In this document: positions 24,413 through 36,860 of the stretch, in pieces
How the letters are laid out: each line of letters opens with the position of its first letter
Numbering within the stretch: position 1 is the first letter of the stretch
DNA from: Psilocybe cubensis
Taxonomy: Eukaryota
Length of the DNA stretch: 64,000 nucleotides
Direction: 5' to 3'
Assembly (NCBI GenBank): GCA_017499595.2
Contig: CM039001.1
Span: forward strand, 1,860,001-1,924,000
The notes under the pieces: model-generated
Database searches by the model: none
The model's input: only the letters and a program-made list of their open reading frames with translations
Told to the model about the DNA's origin: nothing
Translations under genes and position numbers: made by a program

Positions 24413-25805
24413 ATGGCGTCTGCAGCACAGCAGCACACCTCTCGCCCAAGTCAACCTACTGTCTCTAGAGCTCGCATGAAGCTATTCAACACCATCCGAT
24501 ATTCCATCTATGGTGAGAATCCGTTCGCATTGTTCGCAGAACAATGGCCACTGACAATGAACAACAGGCACAGTCATTCTCTTCACTGTAATATGCCTGG
24601 CAATGGCGGGGAAATTTCAGTCGGTGTTGGCTGCTTCGGACCTCAGTAAGTACTGTCTTCTAGATGGTCATTTTCTTTACATCGCTCATCCGAGACTTTT
24701 CAACCGTAGCTCGTTTTGTCCCATTCGCCATCTTCGTATGCTCCGTGAGCTTGCTTATTTTCCTGGTCCTGTAAGTTTAAACTCCTTTTTCAAAGATCTA
24801 AATTAACAAACGTATCTGCCAGGTCATCTTTCAGCTTTTTCCTTCGGGGAAGGAATCCTATTTCTACAAAGATAGAATTGGCTTGTCTGGGATTGGCTGG
24901 GATATTCTGGCTTGGTGAGTTCGTACGTCGTAATTGCATGCGCAGCCGTTAAACTACACTGTCTTACAGTACTTGGTGTTTATTTAACCACTTCTGACGC
25001 TCAATCAGCGGATGTCGAATGCTTTTCTTCGGATGACGTTTCCGAATCGACACCTGTGGACGATGCATCTGCTGCATGTATGTGCCCGATGTTTTGCCAT
25101 AGCCATGTCTTGATCAGTACTGACATCTTCCTAAAGTCCATACGGAGCAATATCAAGCGATGTACCGTGTACTGAATACCTTTGCGTTGTTGAATGCGAT
25201 TTTAGGTGTGCCAAAGTTTATATAGTTGGATCTAACTATATCTGATAACAACTATAGTTCTCTTTGCGTTGTTTGCGCTGCTTTTTCTCGCAGTTCGCAG
25301 ACACAGAAGAGGCGACGAGCATATGTGGCATGGACCAGTCACATCTTGTGCTTGGTTCAACAACTACGAAAATACCCAGCAGACCCGCGGAAAGACGAGC
25401 AGTTCTAGCATTCTACCTGTTGCTTCTGCCTACATGGGAGAACCTGTATTGACCGAGAAACCAGAAAGGAAAGCTAGTGCTAGACGCGCTGAGCGCGATC
25501 AGAACCGCGACTACCCATCAACACGACCTTCCCAACCGCGAAACCCCTACCCAACACCCCCCGAACAATCACGAAATCCGTACATGACACAGACTCAAAC
25601 GCAAACAAACCCATCACGAAACCCCTACCCAACACCTCAGAAGACCCAAACACCCAGTAGATATCCGACGCGTCATGACTCAGGAAGGTCGCGCACAGGT
25701 CCGACACGGCAAGACTCGGGAAGATCACGGAGTGGAGCCGTGGCAGACCTTGAGAACGGAGGAATGCTGAATCCATACAGCAGCAGAACGCGCGGGACAC
25801 GTTAA
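24413..25805 (+). CDS. Four-TM MARVEL-like membrane protein with a repetitive Pro/Tyr/Arg tail
   Basis: Manual splicing gives four hydrophobic segments (YGTVILFTVICLAMA, FVPFAIFVCSVSLLIFLVL, IELACLGLAGIFWLVLGVYL, TFALLNAILVLFALFALLFLAV). The E..C.GL.G.FWL pattern is MARVEL-like. Confidence 0.7.
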
Positions 25806-26338
25806 AGGCATGTACATCATTGAAACCCAGATTTATTGTAGCATTTTTTTTTCTTTTATGTATTGTCAACTCGGAAAAGGATATATAGATGACGGCTCGG
25901 ACACTGAACCGCCTCATTGTGTAGATTAGTACAGTAGCAGTAGTATAGGAATGATCACATATTGAACTGTGTTAGTTTCGTAGCATTTCATTTGAGGGTA
26001 ATCTGCGAAATTAAAGCGCAAACATATGGTATACTATAAATTTACTACAGAATAATATTGATATCTAAGGTTGCACGAACCAAAGAGCTCCAGCAAGTAA
26101 TTGATGCAGTATTGATTTAATTTACGTCATGTCAAGCTTCGGTTGGCCAACTCCGTTGAAGGCCAACCCATACTTGGATTTCCGGAGATGAACGCAGGAG
26201 AATCCAGCGCTCTGTACAGGTTCTTCTTGTTCCTCCATTTTATCCGCTGATACCCCCCCAGATATCCTTTCCTTTCCCTCGTCTTCAGTCTGAACTGTTT
26301 CTCTGAACGATTGCCAGGAGATCGCAGGTGAATTCAAC

Positions 26339-27529
26339 ATGACCGTACGCTTTGGGAACAATCGACTGGGATTCTACGGTGCGCTCCATGGCTTCCAACG
26401 TTATCGGCGAACCAATCTGATCCCTATCCTGTTTTGCAGTTGCTGTAATCATACTCTCAGGTATGACTTGCTCGAGTTTGCTGATGTCACAGATGCCAGT
26501 GCATTTGTCCTGAACATGGGATTGACTACATTCCCAGGCGTTGTGTTGGGATTGGGGGCTAATTTCGCAAACGAATTCCTACCTCACTTACGTCGTGAGT
26601 AATAAAACTACAAACTTGACGAGTTTTTTCAACTGATTATCTGTTGATTCTAAAGAGAATTTCACTATATTCTCCATCGTCGTATCGTCATTTACTATAC
26701 TGACCTTTTTGCTGACGTTCGTTTATCTTTCACGATGTGTTGTGCTATGCTTATATGACCTCAAATTTATTTACAGTTTGCAATGGGCGACACCCTACTC
26801 GGAGGCTGTAGTTTTGTTTGTTCTGGGAACACTGTGGTTGGGTGAGTACAATCTCAGTAAGACAAGCTTTCTTTACAAAATGCGTTTGCCGCGTAGCAAT
26901 GGGCGCCTGGTCAACGTAAGCTTGGTTTCTTGACATTGCTAGAAATAATATATTAACTCAGAGAAAAAGAGATGTTATTGGACCGATGCAGTGTGATGCA
27001 GTTGCGGGACAAAAGACACCCTCCAAAAATGGGGAAAGTAAGTAAACCATTGAACATTCCCATCCTTATGTCCTTCGCCAGCTAAATTATCACGTCTATA
27101 GCGAGCCTACAAGCATTCTGCTATGAAATGAAAGTTATACAGGCATTTTCATGGACCCTTTTCATTCTTTTTGTGATTGCATTCTACGTCCTTCACCAAC
27201 TCGTCAACCAGGCTATGCGATTCGGAAGACATAAAATTTGGTCAGAACCTATCAGAGGTCGGAGTTTTTGACTGCCTTGCTCTGTATAATTACTTACCGA
27301 GCTAGCAGAATTACCCTGGTTTGAAGAAGCGCCTGGATATTATAACACCAATACCTACGGACCGAATATGATGCAATATCCTCCTCCTTCTGCAGGTGGC
27401 TATGGTTACCCCTACCACCCGGCAATGGGTGGGATGCCTGTGCCCAATCCTGGACATTCTATCATAATTCAACCTGGAATGAATGGCGCACCACCTACAG
27501 TCACTCAAGTACCTATCTCGACGGTTTAG
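26339..27529 (+). CDS. Second four-TM MARVEL-like membrane protein (~9 exons) with a Pro/Gly/Tyr-rich tail
   Basis: Spliced MTVRFGNNRLGFY|VAVIILS|GVVLGLGANFANEFL...FTIFSIVVSSFTILTFLL...EAVVLFVLGTLWL|AMGAWST|...CYEMKVIQAFSWTLFILFVIAFY...TVTQVPISTV*. Confidence 0.72.
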
Positions 27530-28766
27530 CGAAACCCGCATACGTTTTTCAGAAATTCCTCTACACGTTTTCAATGATGTAAATGCTCTGATAATGGTCT
27601 TACACGAAGGGAATTGATCTTCTTGATGATGAATTATGTGTTTTATCTGTGCGCTTGCAGGGCCTCATGGGGTCAGCATGGCAGTACCTCGTGTAATGTA
27701 GTATATTGTACGTTCCTCGGGTTTTTCTTTTTGCTATTGTACATATCTTCCTCAGCTCTACACTTCAGTATCTTTTGAATCTTTTTATTGCACCCATGGC
27801 TCTTTTCAGCAACAACCCTATAAGATCTGCAGCAATAGGTAGCGAAGTTGGCCTCTAATGCCTTGATCACATTTTTCTGACTCTCATCGATCGAAATAAG
27901 CTGCTGTGGTTGTCTCTATAGCACACTTCGCGACGAAGTTCCTGTCCTCTTTCAGTGAGCCTGACCCAGAATGCTTGGAGGACAACAGAACTGCAGTACC
28001 AACTAGAGAGTATCACAGATGCTTTCCAGCTGACCCAGACATCAATCGCGATACTGTCCATCTCGGCTCTTTTATTCATGTGAGCTGCTCTCTTCGCTGG
28101 CGCATAGCGAGCCATCTTACAGTGATACTGCTAGGATTATGATGCACCATAAGAGGGATGGCCAGATGCTTACCCAGTCGCAAGAAGAGATGGCAGTGAT
28201 TGGGATATTTGCATTGTTTTGGGTTGGTACGTCTGCTGACTATATGCCAGCCAAGGAGTAATTCGACGTGCATTCCAGTTTTCCTTGTGGGATACAAGTT
28301 GTTAACAACCAAGCAGAACGGCGGCGGGATTGGAGGTGGCGCTCCTGCTGCTGCAGAGGTTGGGTTACCCAAGGTATCGCAGGCTTCGCCGCGTTGGCGA
28401 GATCCGTGTGCAGACGACGATGTCTACTGCATTTACGAGGAGTACACGTATTTCTAGTAGAGCGACTCCTGATTATTTCTGGAGGGCTGTGGGAGTAGTA
28501 CACGAGGCAATGCGAGATACCGAGGCATTCCGGATCATGTCCAGAACGGACAAAGAAGAAAATTGCATGGAGGTGACAATACGGTGCCAGCAGGCAGAGC
28601 TGCATTCCAAAGGTCGTGATTTCGGTCGTTTCCGATCGTTAATTCCTGCTGCCCTTGCTTACTCGACGACCGCACCTTATCTCCCGTTCCTTGCATTCCT
28701 ACCCTCTCCGTAATCTCTGTCTGTACATCTGCCCCCTGCTGACCGCCCTTTTCTTTGATTTCTACT

Positions 28767-29658
28767 ATGATAAGTCTGGCCATTTGCTCGCGTCGCTCTC
28801 TAGCCTAATTGTTGTTTCATATCTACGCCAATCCTAACAAGCGCCGCATTGAGACGGATGTCATGAAGATGTACTGTCTTTGAGCGCATATATTCAGCAT
28901 GTAGCTCACCTCAGAGTTTGTCAGGCTCATGTCGGATTACGAGGTCTCTCTCGTAAATGACAATATGCAAGAGTTTTACGTCCGCTTTCATGGTCCCTCC
29001 GAAAGTGAGGCTTCTTGCGCCTAGTTGTTGTGGCATTTGCTTGGGTGACTGACTATGCCGCTTTCGCTTTCGCTCAGCCCCCTTTGCTGGTGGTGTATGG
29101 AAGATACATGTCGAACTCCCTGACCAATATCCTTTCAAATCGCCCAGCATCGGATTTATGAACAAGATATTCCACCCCAATATCGACGAACTGTTCGTGC
29201 CGTTTTGCCGCTATCTGATTGTTTATGACTCTGAGCAACACGTGTTGTGTAGTAGCGGCTCGGTCTGCCTGGATGTGATTAACCAAACCTGGTCACCGAT
29301 GTTTGGTCAGTCGTGTGCAGTCGCTTTCCATTATCTGGGTCACTGAAAGTTGTCATGCTTAGATATGATCAACATCTTTGAATCATTTCTCCCTCAGTTA
29401 TTGCGCTACCCAAACCCTAATGATCCCTTGAACGGCGAGGCGGCAGCTCTCCTGATGCGACACCCTAAAGAATATGATGCGAAAGTGAAAGGTACGCGCC
29501 ACTACCATTTATTGAAGCTCGAATGTTGATTTTTCTGGAAACCAGAGTATGTCCAGAGGTATGCAACCAAGGAGGCTGCCGACGCCGCTAATACCAACGA
29601 CGATGACGACCAAGACGAAGAAATGAGCGACATTGGAAGCATCAGCGATGGCGAGTGA
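28767..29658 (+). CDS. UBC8: Ubiquitin-conjugating enzyme E2 (Ubc8/UBE2H)
   Basis: [34 protein letters not shown]...[36 protein letters not shown] with the catalytic Cys and an acidic tail. The start at 28767 depends on an AT-AC intron (see findings). Confidence 0.93.
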
Positions 29659-29934
29659 AATGGACACCTTACCTTCCTTATCTCCGCATCTTTTCCAGGT
29701 CACCGGATGATGTTACGTTTCTTCATGGACATTTTACGAACCACACACTGCCACTATCCCTTTAGCTAGCTGTATTACCATTTTTACCACCGCGCGCTAG
29801 GCCGCGTCCATTGTTGTTAACTTTTACCAGGTTTTTGATGTTTTGTTTTTGAATTACAGGTTGTACAATAAATGAGCTATGAATGTAAAATGGATACATG
29901 GAAAGTGGATGAGAGACCAAAACTGATGCAAGTG

Positions 29935-30763
29935 CTACAATGACATAGTCCGAGAATCCTCGCCTGCTTGTGTGGGTATTGGTTGGACGAGCTCGTCGAC
30001 TTTTTTCTGAATTTCGGTAGCGGTCTAAAAATATGTTTGACCAAACATCAAGAGAAAGTCAAATGCGATCAAAGGAGGAATACATACTTTCATGAGTGTT
30101 TCAATATGAGCCTTGACACTATCCATTGTGGTTGATTTGGCTTTACTCTCTTTGAGAAGCTCTTCCTTTTGCTGCATCAGTTCTTTTTTCTTGAGATCTA
30201 GTCTTTATAGGCAGCAGTAATTAGAACAATGCTAGCACGGGTAATGCAAAGGGAATACCGTTGGCGTTCCGCGAGCTCAAAGGTCAGTCGGTTGAGCATA
30301 AGCTGATGTTCGTCGGCAAGTATTTCCTCTGTGCGAGATTGTTCAGGCGCCAGTAGGTTATATTCTTCGAGAGTATAAAGCGGGATATCCTGGTATATCG
30401 ACCTAGCGACAGAAACAGAACGTCAGTGAGGATCTCGGCTGGCACCCAAAGACAAGACACGGACGCAAATTGGCGACATTTCTCAATCTCCCTCTCGAGA
30501 TGGCGCTTTTCATAAAGCAGATTCTGAAGGTTCAGATGAGACTGGTCCATCTCCTGACGGGCCTCTGCGGTCTCCTCTTTGCGACAACGCGTTGCTGTGT
30601 TTGCGGCGCGGTAAAGCGACTTTAGACGCCCAATGAGGGCCATGGCGCGTATGTGCATGGCGGCGGTGTCGTGTGTGAGAAAGGCGGGGGAGCAGAGATT
30701 GCGCAGCTGGTCAAGGACATCGTCTGGATTGGGGGGCAGAGGGGACGACTTGTCAGAGTGCAT
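29935..30763 (-). CDS. THOC5: THO complex subunit 5 / Fms-interacting protein
   Basis: KEETAEARQEMDQSHLNLQNLLYEKRHLEREIEKCRQF, then YQDIPLYTLEEY and DEHQLMLNRLTFELAERQR. Confidence 0.87.
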
Positions 30764-30964
30764 GTGGGATAGTTGTGACCGGCAATGAAGAGAAATGAGG
30801 GACGGTGCTCGTCGGGGACCATGCGTGGGAATGGATGATGAACGGGCCGAGAGATTCATTGGGAGGTATGATAAGATTTGTGTTTCTACGCTGACTACAC
30901 CCACAAAATAACCTTATCCCACATCACTCATCATCGCCCCTCCCAGGCTGACCCTCTATAGCCG

Positions 30965-31020
30965 GTATGTATATCTTCCCGTCCATTTCCTTCTTTCTCA
31001 ATAACCACCATCACCTATAG
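30965..31020 (+). other. Probable 5'-UTR intron of G6PD
   Basis: GTATGT donor, pyrimidine tract and TAG acceptor; 56 nt long, ending 26 nt before the ATG. Confidence 0.55.
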
Positions 31021-31046
31021 TTCCATTTCCCCCACACAACTTAGCC

Positions 31047-32981
31047 ATGCCTCGCGAGCGTTCAATGTCGGGCACCATCCCGTCCATGGAGACTGCCCAT
31101 GATCAGCTCAAAGATAACACAATCATTATAGGTGAGTTGCTCTCTTGGTTGGCTACGCCCCCATGAGCTCAACGGGTCTGCTGCAGTACTTGGGGCCTCG
31201 GGTGACTTGGCAAAGAAGAAGGTCACTCTTGCTTTCTCTCAGTTTCGCCAGCCATTAATATTTTCAATCAGACCTTCCCTGCTCTTTTCGCTCTGTATCG
31301 CCAGCAATTCCTTCCCCGAGACTGCAAGATCGTCGGCTATGCTCGCACAAAGATGGACCAAGCAGATTTCGAGAAGCGTGCTACTTCCTACATCAAAGGC
31401 TCCGACGAACCATCGACTGCTAATACAATCGAAGCTTTCAAGCAACTTCTCACCTATGTTTCAGGAGACTACGAGGACGGTGCCGCTTATGATAACCTCC
31501 ACGCACATCTCCAGGAAATCGAATCAAAATACCAATCCAAAGAAGCTAATCGTATCTTCTATTTGGCGCTCCCCCCTTCAGTCTTCATTCCAGTGTGTAA
31601 GAACTTGAAGGAACATTGTTACAATGCAAAAGGGGGTGTCAATCGCATCATCATAGAGAAGCCGTTCGGCAAAGATCTCGAGTCAGCTCGTACCCTCCTC
31701 GGCTCTGTCAAGCAATACTGGACTGAAGACGAGACTTTCCGCATCGATCATTACCTGGGGAAAGAGATGGTCAAGAATCTTCTTGTCCTTCGATTCGCTA
31801 ATATTACCATGGGCGCTGCATGGGACAAAAATTCGATCAGCAACGTCCAAATCACCTTCAAGGAACCCTTTGGCACCGAAGGCCGTGGAGGCTATTTCGA
31901 TGAATTCGGAATCATCCGTGATGTCTTACAGAACCGTCAGTATTGTTCTTCTGTCAAATGACGCATTTGTATCCTAATTTGGCCTCTAGATTTATTGCAG
32001 GTATTGAGTATCTTGACTATGGAGCGTCCTGTTTCTTTTGCCGCTGAGGACATCCGCGATGAGAAGGTCTGTGATACTTTTCACCGCCTCAATCCACTCC
32101 TGAACAGTATGGGGGATTAGGTGAAAGTCCTCCGCTGCATTCCTCCGATCGAGAGAAGCGACACACTCCTGGGTCAATACGTAGCTGCAAATGGAAAGCC
32201 GGGATACCTCGATGACGATACTGTACCTCCCAACTCTGTGTGCCCCACATTTGCCGCGACAACCTTGTGGATCCACAACCCAAGATGGGAAGGAGTTCCC
32301 TTCATCCTCAAGGCCGGAAAAGGTTTGTGTGACGCTTTAAATAGTTCTTTCCAGGGTCGCTAATGATGTCCCTGATAGCACTGAACGAGAGCAAGGTCGA
32401 AGTCCGCATTCAATTCAAAGACGTCACCCAGGGAATTTTCAAGGATATTGCTCGCAATGAACTTGTGATTCGTATTCAACCATCCGAAGCTGTTTACCTT
32501 AAGCTCAACTCAAAGACACCTGGACTGCACACCCGTGCCATTCCTACAGAGATGGACTTGACATATAAGAGACGTTTCTTGGATGCTAAGATACCCGAAG
32601 CCTATGAGGCCCTTATCTTGGATGCTCTTCGTGGTGACCACTCTAATTTTGTCCGTCACGATGAACTTGACGTTGCCTGGAAGGTGAGTATAAACACAAT
32701 TTTAATCAAATTTATTTTACCGAACACCACCACATCATTAGATTTTCACACCCATTCTTCACTGGATAGAAGGCTTGGAAGGGCCCCGCCCACGTCCCGT
32801 CCAGTACCCATATGGATCGCGAGGTCCCAAAGAATTGGATGCCTTTATTGGAAAATATGGATACAGAAGAAATGCTGAAGCCTAGTAAGCCGTTTGCTCC
32901 AAATTCTACAGGAATAGGGTGAACTCATTTGTGTCTTGCTATTACAGCTTTTGGCCTGTGACAAACATGGCGGCTCTGTAA
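31047..32981 (+). CDS. ZWF1: Glucose-6-phosphate 1-dehydrogenase
   Basis: [27 protein letters not shown], signature [56 protein letters not shown]. Confidence 0.97.
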
Positions 32982-34363
32982 CCCTCTTCCCAACATCAAA
33001 TTAATTGTAAATGACTTTAGAAAATCTCATCTGCAACTCGGCTCCTGTCGCTTCGGACCCGACATTGATCTCTTGAGAGACCTTCCGAGCCGTACTGAGA
33101 GACGTTGACCTGCATAATGTTAATATATTCTTGCGTGCAATTGTAAAAGAAAGCCTTTATGATCTTCCGCTAAACTGTTGACGCAAAGGTTGCGAATCAC
33201 TATACCACTGTTAGTCCCGAGTATTTTATTCAGAAATTTAATCGATATGATTGCGTAAGTGGAAAATTGTGGATTTGTAACTTGCGGTCTCATTCGGGTT
33301 TACGGGTGAGGGGTTCTTCCGATTATTACCCAGTTCTGAAGTCTTAGCTAGGTGCCGAAAGTTGGGGAGGCATAAAGTTTGAGTAAACTTGCTGATTAGC
33401 GATAATAAAGCATAGCTGCGCTTACTTGCGTTATTGAAAGAGAAAGGCCTCGTTAATTTGAGGTTACACTGGAATTTACAAGGTTGTATGTAGTCATCAA
33501 TAAATTACATTTGAAGTAAATTTCTAATATATTTCTTCCTCAAACTCCTAGCTAATTTAAAATGTCACCACACTAGGACTTCCAGCATTTTTTTGCAGTA
33601 AAAGCGAGCATTTAGTGAAAGGACTTTTAAAGGCACCGGGACAATGGGACGAGAGCCGCCACAATCTGAGGCAGTTTCCTCTTTAGGTATTTTAGTGTGT
33701 AGTTAAGCGCTCGTAGAAAACGTCTAAAATTAAGTGTCCTACGTTGATCAACAGTGCCTCTATTGTTGATTATTTTGTATGTATTGGCAATCTCATATGT
33801 CAAGGATAATACCTACCGGAGAACAACGGGGATATAGCGCATTGGCGATGTATTATCAACCTCGTGGGGCATAGACCAACTTAAAATTCATAGCCTTCAT
33901 CCGTTTTAGTCTGTGAAGTTCTGAAAAATATTATGTGGAGATTACAGAGTACTTGTCAAGTTAAGGCACAGTAGAATCCAAGTCATGAGTGACCCAACCT
34001 TGAACCCTCATGACGACAGTACAAAGTCCACTCGGATAGGGGGGCACGCCCACTGCTGTTATGAAAGAAATGTCTATTATGATTTCGGAACAATGGCTTT
34101 TACTCGTGTCCGAAGCATAGATGGCCGGGCGGGCCTACGTATGAAAATCGAAGTACCTTGTAGAGCGACCGTAAAGATAACGACCATTTACTCGAGGATG
34201 CAGTACTCCATCAGGGCATAAGTTCCATCCCTGTGTGAAAGTGAAGAAAGAATCCGCCGTATGGCGGTTAGATATACAAATACAATACATACAGATACAA
34301 TAGTAATACGGCAGGAAGATCCCAATAGGAAGCAAAATTCATCACAAAATGTGCATATACACG

Positions 34364-34961
34364 TCAAGGGGCATATATACGTTCACCTGCATTCCAACGA
34401 ATAAAATTATATGCAAGCATCTAATAAGAGATATTAAAAACAGAATTCACCTTTGTATGTTTTGTCAGGATCCAGAATTTTCTTCAGCTTCTCAGCTGCT
34501 TCTCGTACACACTGCCTACATTCGGCCAGCCCCCTCCAGTTCCCAGTTGCCGTCCAGCATTCTGAACAAGCTCTTGATGCAGAGTTAAGAGTTTCGAGTT
34601 CGAGCTCATTTCTTCTGTGGAGAACGATGACCAGGTCCACGAGGCGGAGGAGGCCGGTGGACCAGGTGCCTGCCCCGCATCGAGGGTCTATGGCTGTGTC
34701 TGTCATCAGGAACGACGAAGCAAGGGACAAGCAGTTGCGCAAAGTTCTCTGGTCGATGGAATTGGAATCGTTATCTCGCTTTCCGCGTGCCAAGGACCTG
34801 GTAACGAAAGTACCATAATCTGTAGGTGTTATCTGAGCACTGTCAATGTCAACGACGAGGAATAAAACGACAAGAGGAAAGAGAAGAAAACCGACTGGCG
34901 ATATATCGATTGGGAAGGTTGGAGGCTCAGGATCTGGAGCGACGGCAGCGGTGGTGGCCAT
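34364..34961 (-). CDS. Small uncharacterised helical protein with two CxxC motifs (3 exons)
   Basis: ATG at 34961; an in-frame pyrimidine-rich intron follows DISP; terminal exon GERIYAP*; contains RACSECW and AECRQCV. Confidence 0.65.
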
Positions 34962-35126
34962 GGTCAAGCATCAAGACGGGCAGGGCCAGCATTGAATGGC
35001 GGGATGCTGATCAACTGAAAGGCTAAACACTCTCGCCAATCCTGGGGAAGTTGGTCGTTCGGCAGTTGCCGTACCGAGCAGCAACTGACTCTGTCTTTCG
35101 ATACTCCTTCACGTACGAAGGTCAAA

Positions 35127-36631
35127 ATGGCTTCATTTTTGAATACCTTTTTCCAGTCCATAACTCCTCCTCCCGTTGTTACTCCCGAACACTACGACGG
35201 CTACGAGCTCAGATGGAAGGCCCTCGTCTTCAGGCCAGCCTGTATGTCCCAGTTTTCGCGACGCGTACCCCTCACTGAGCAACTCGATTCTTTTTGCAGT
35301 GCTCAGGACTGAAGCTTATCTTTTGGTCGGAATTTTGTTTTACGTTCTCTTTGGATATCTGGGTGCTTCCGTGAATGCGAGGAAAGCAAAGAATTGGTTC
35401 GTCTGTCGCTGTCTCTTTTCATTCAGGCGCGATCATTGACAATACCCCCTGAGAAGGCTTGCTGTTCACCTCCCGACTTACGAACGCCAGTTTTCGAGGC
35501 CACAAGCAAAGGGTGGTTTGATCTCGGACGGAAACTCCGACTTCTTCAACTTTTCTACCGGACGGCGCAATGTTGCTTCTTTGCACACGATCTTTACTTT
35601 ACGGCCACGTCATGATTTCTTCCAATGGGTTTTCCAACTAGGCCGCACCTTCGTAGACCTGCACTATCGACCCGTTGACGATGTACAGCTGGACTTCAAG
35701 CTTGCTCCAGGGGCACTCGCGGATAACTTTGTATGGGCTGTCGTAGCCAAAGATGAACTCCTCTCTGTGAAGAACAACCGTTGGGATTTGGTGCGTGAAT
35801 TTTTTTAAGGTTACTGTACGCGCGCCTAATCTACGCTGCAGACTTTCCTCAGGTCCGGTGAAAACCCCACTCTTCCGCCCCACTTTGTGGTTATGACTGG
35901 TAATAAATACTATCTTTGAACGCGAGCACTAAGTTGATTTTATTTCATAGAATTTGCGGATGTCACTGAGAACCTTCTCAAACCTCTTGGCAATTTCTCA
36001 TTGCTCTCTGTCCTGCAAGATCCCAAAATTCTGCCCTTCTTCCGCTCACTCTCCGTGAGTCAATACTACAGTGTAGTGTTTAGTAAAAAACCAATATTAG
36101 TCTAGATTACTGACCAGCCACGAGAACGCCCGGTATTACCTCTTGCCCCAGAAGAGCGCGAAAAGCATGTCATTCTGACTCTATCTGCCGACTCTTCATA
36201 TGCCGAGGAGACCATTCCTCTCGTCAACTCCATCTTCCAGCTCATCGACTCTCTTAACAAGATCAGCCTTCGACCAGAAACGAAGTCCAAACTGAAAAGG
36301 TTCCGGGAAGACATGGACAAGGCTCTCAAGGAGGACGCCGAAAAAGAAGCTAAGGAGGAGGTACGTTTTTCTTTGACTTTTCAATTCGCTTAGGCCTTTA
36401 TCAATCAATCGAATCTTTACCCTCAGGCCCAGGACGCCAAAATCGCCGCGAAGCGTAAGGCTGAGCAAGAGCGTATTGCAAAGCTTAGTGCCGCGGACCA
36501 GAAGAAGGTGAGGTTCAATAAGGCTTGTAGCATCCTGTCTGCATTTGTTTATGCATTTTGTTCTGCAGGAACTTGAAAAAGAGCGCAAGCGCACCCTGCG
36601 TAAATCGCAGGGCAAGGTCGTACGCAAGTAA
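35127..36631 (+). CDS. CCDC47: DUF1682 / CCDC47 (PAT complex) ER membrane protein
   Basis: TM segment then GASVNARKAKNW, FFNFSTGRRNV, LRPRHD, FVWAVVAK, RWDL, VMTEFADVT, SITDQP; C-terminal coiled coil LSAADQKKELEKERKR. Confidence 0.85.
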
Positions 36632-36860
36632 CTTGCTTTTGCTTGTGTATAGGGGTTGTTTATTCAACCCCTGCTTGACATATTCGTTTTATCGCTTTTC
36701 TATACACATTACTTTTTAAGTATGATATAGCACAATCACTATCTGTCGGTAATATATTTATTTAGGGATGGTATATCGATGTATGTAGACTTGCTTTGCT
36801 AGCACAGTGTATGAATATCAGTGTGTTATCATTTGGATATAATGTTTGTACACATGCGCT

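Noticed and set aside
27600-28720. Several overlapping 65-127 aa ORFs between the second MARVEL-like gene and UBC8
   Set aside because: No recognisable motif, and I could not build a consistent spliced model on either strand.
28770-28826. Reading the UBC8 AT-AC intron as a U12 (minor spliceosome) intron
   Set aside because: The donor is ATAAGT rather than ATATCCTT, there is no TCCTTAAC branch site, and Dikarya are not known to have the minor spliceosome.
32880-33020. Cryptic peroxisomal isoform of G6PD
   Set aside because: The normal end is MAAL*; neither read-through nor the first alternative acceptor gives an SKL-like end.
33000-34300. AT-rich 1.3-kb gap as a possible transposon relic
   Set aside because: I saw no terminal repeats, target-site duplication or transposase/RT-like peptide.
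34825-34900. Apparent TM helix (VGFLLFPLVVLFLVV) in ORF 34434-34967
   Set aside because: It lies in a pyrimidine-rich in-frame GT-AG intron of normal size.
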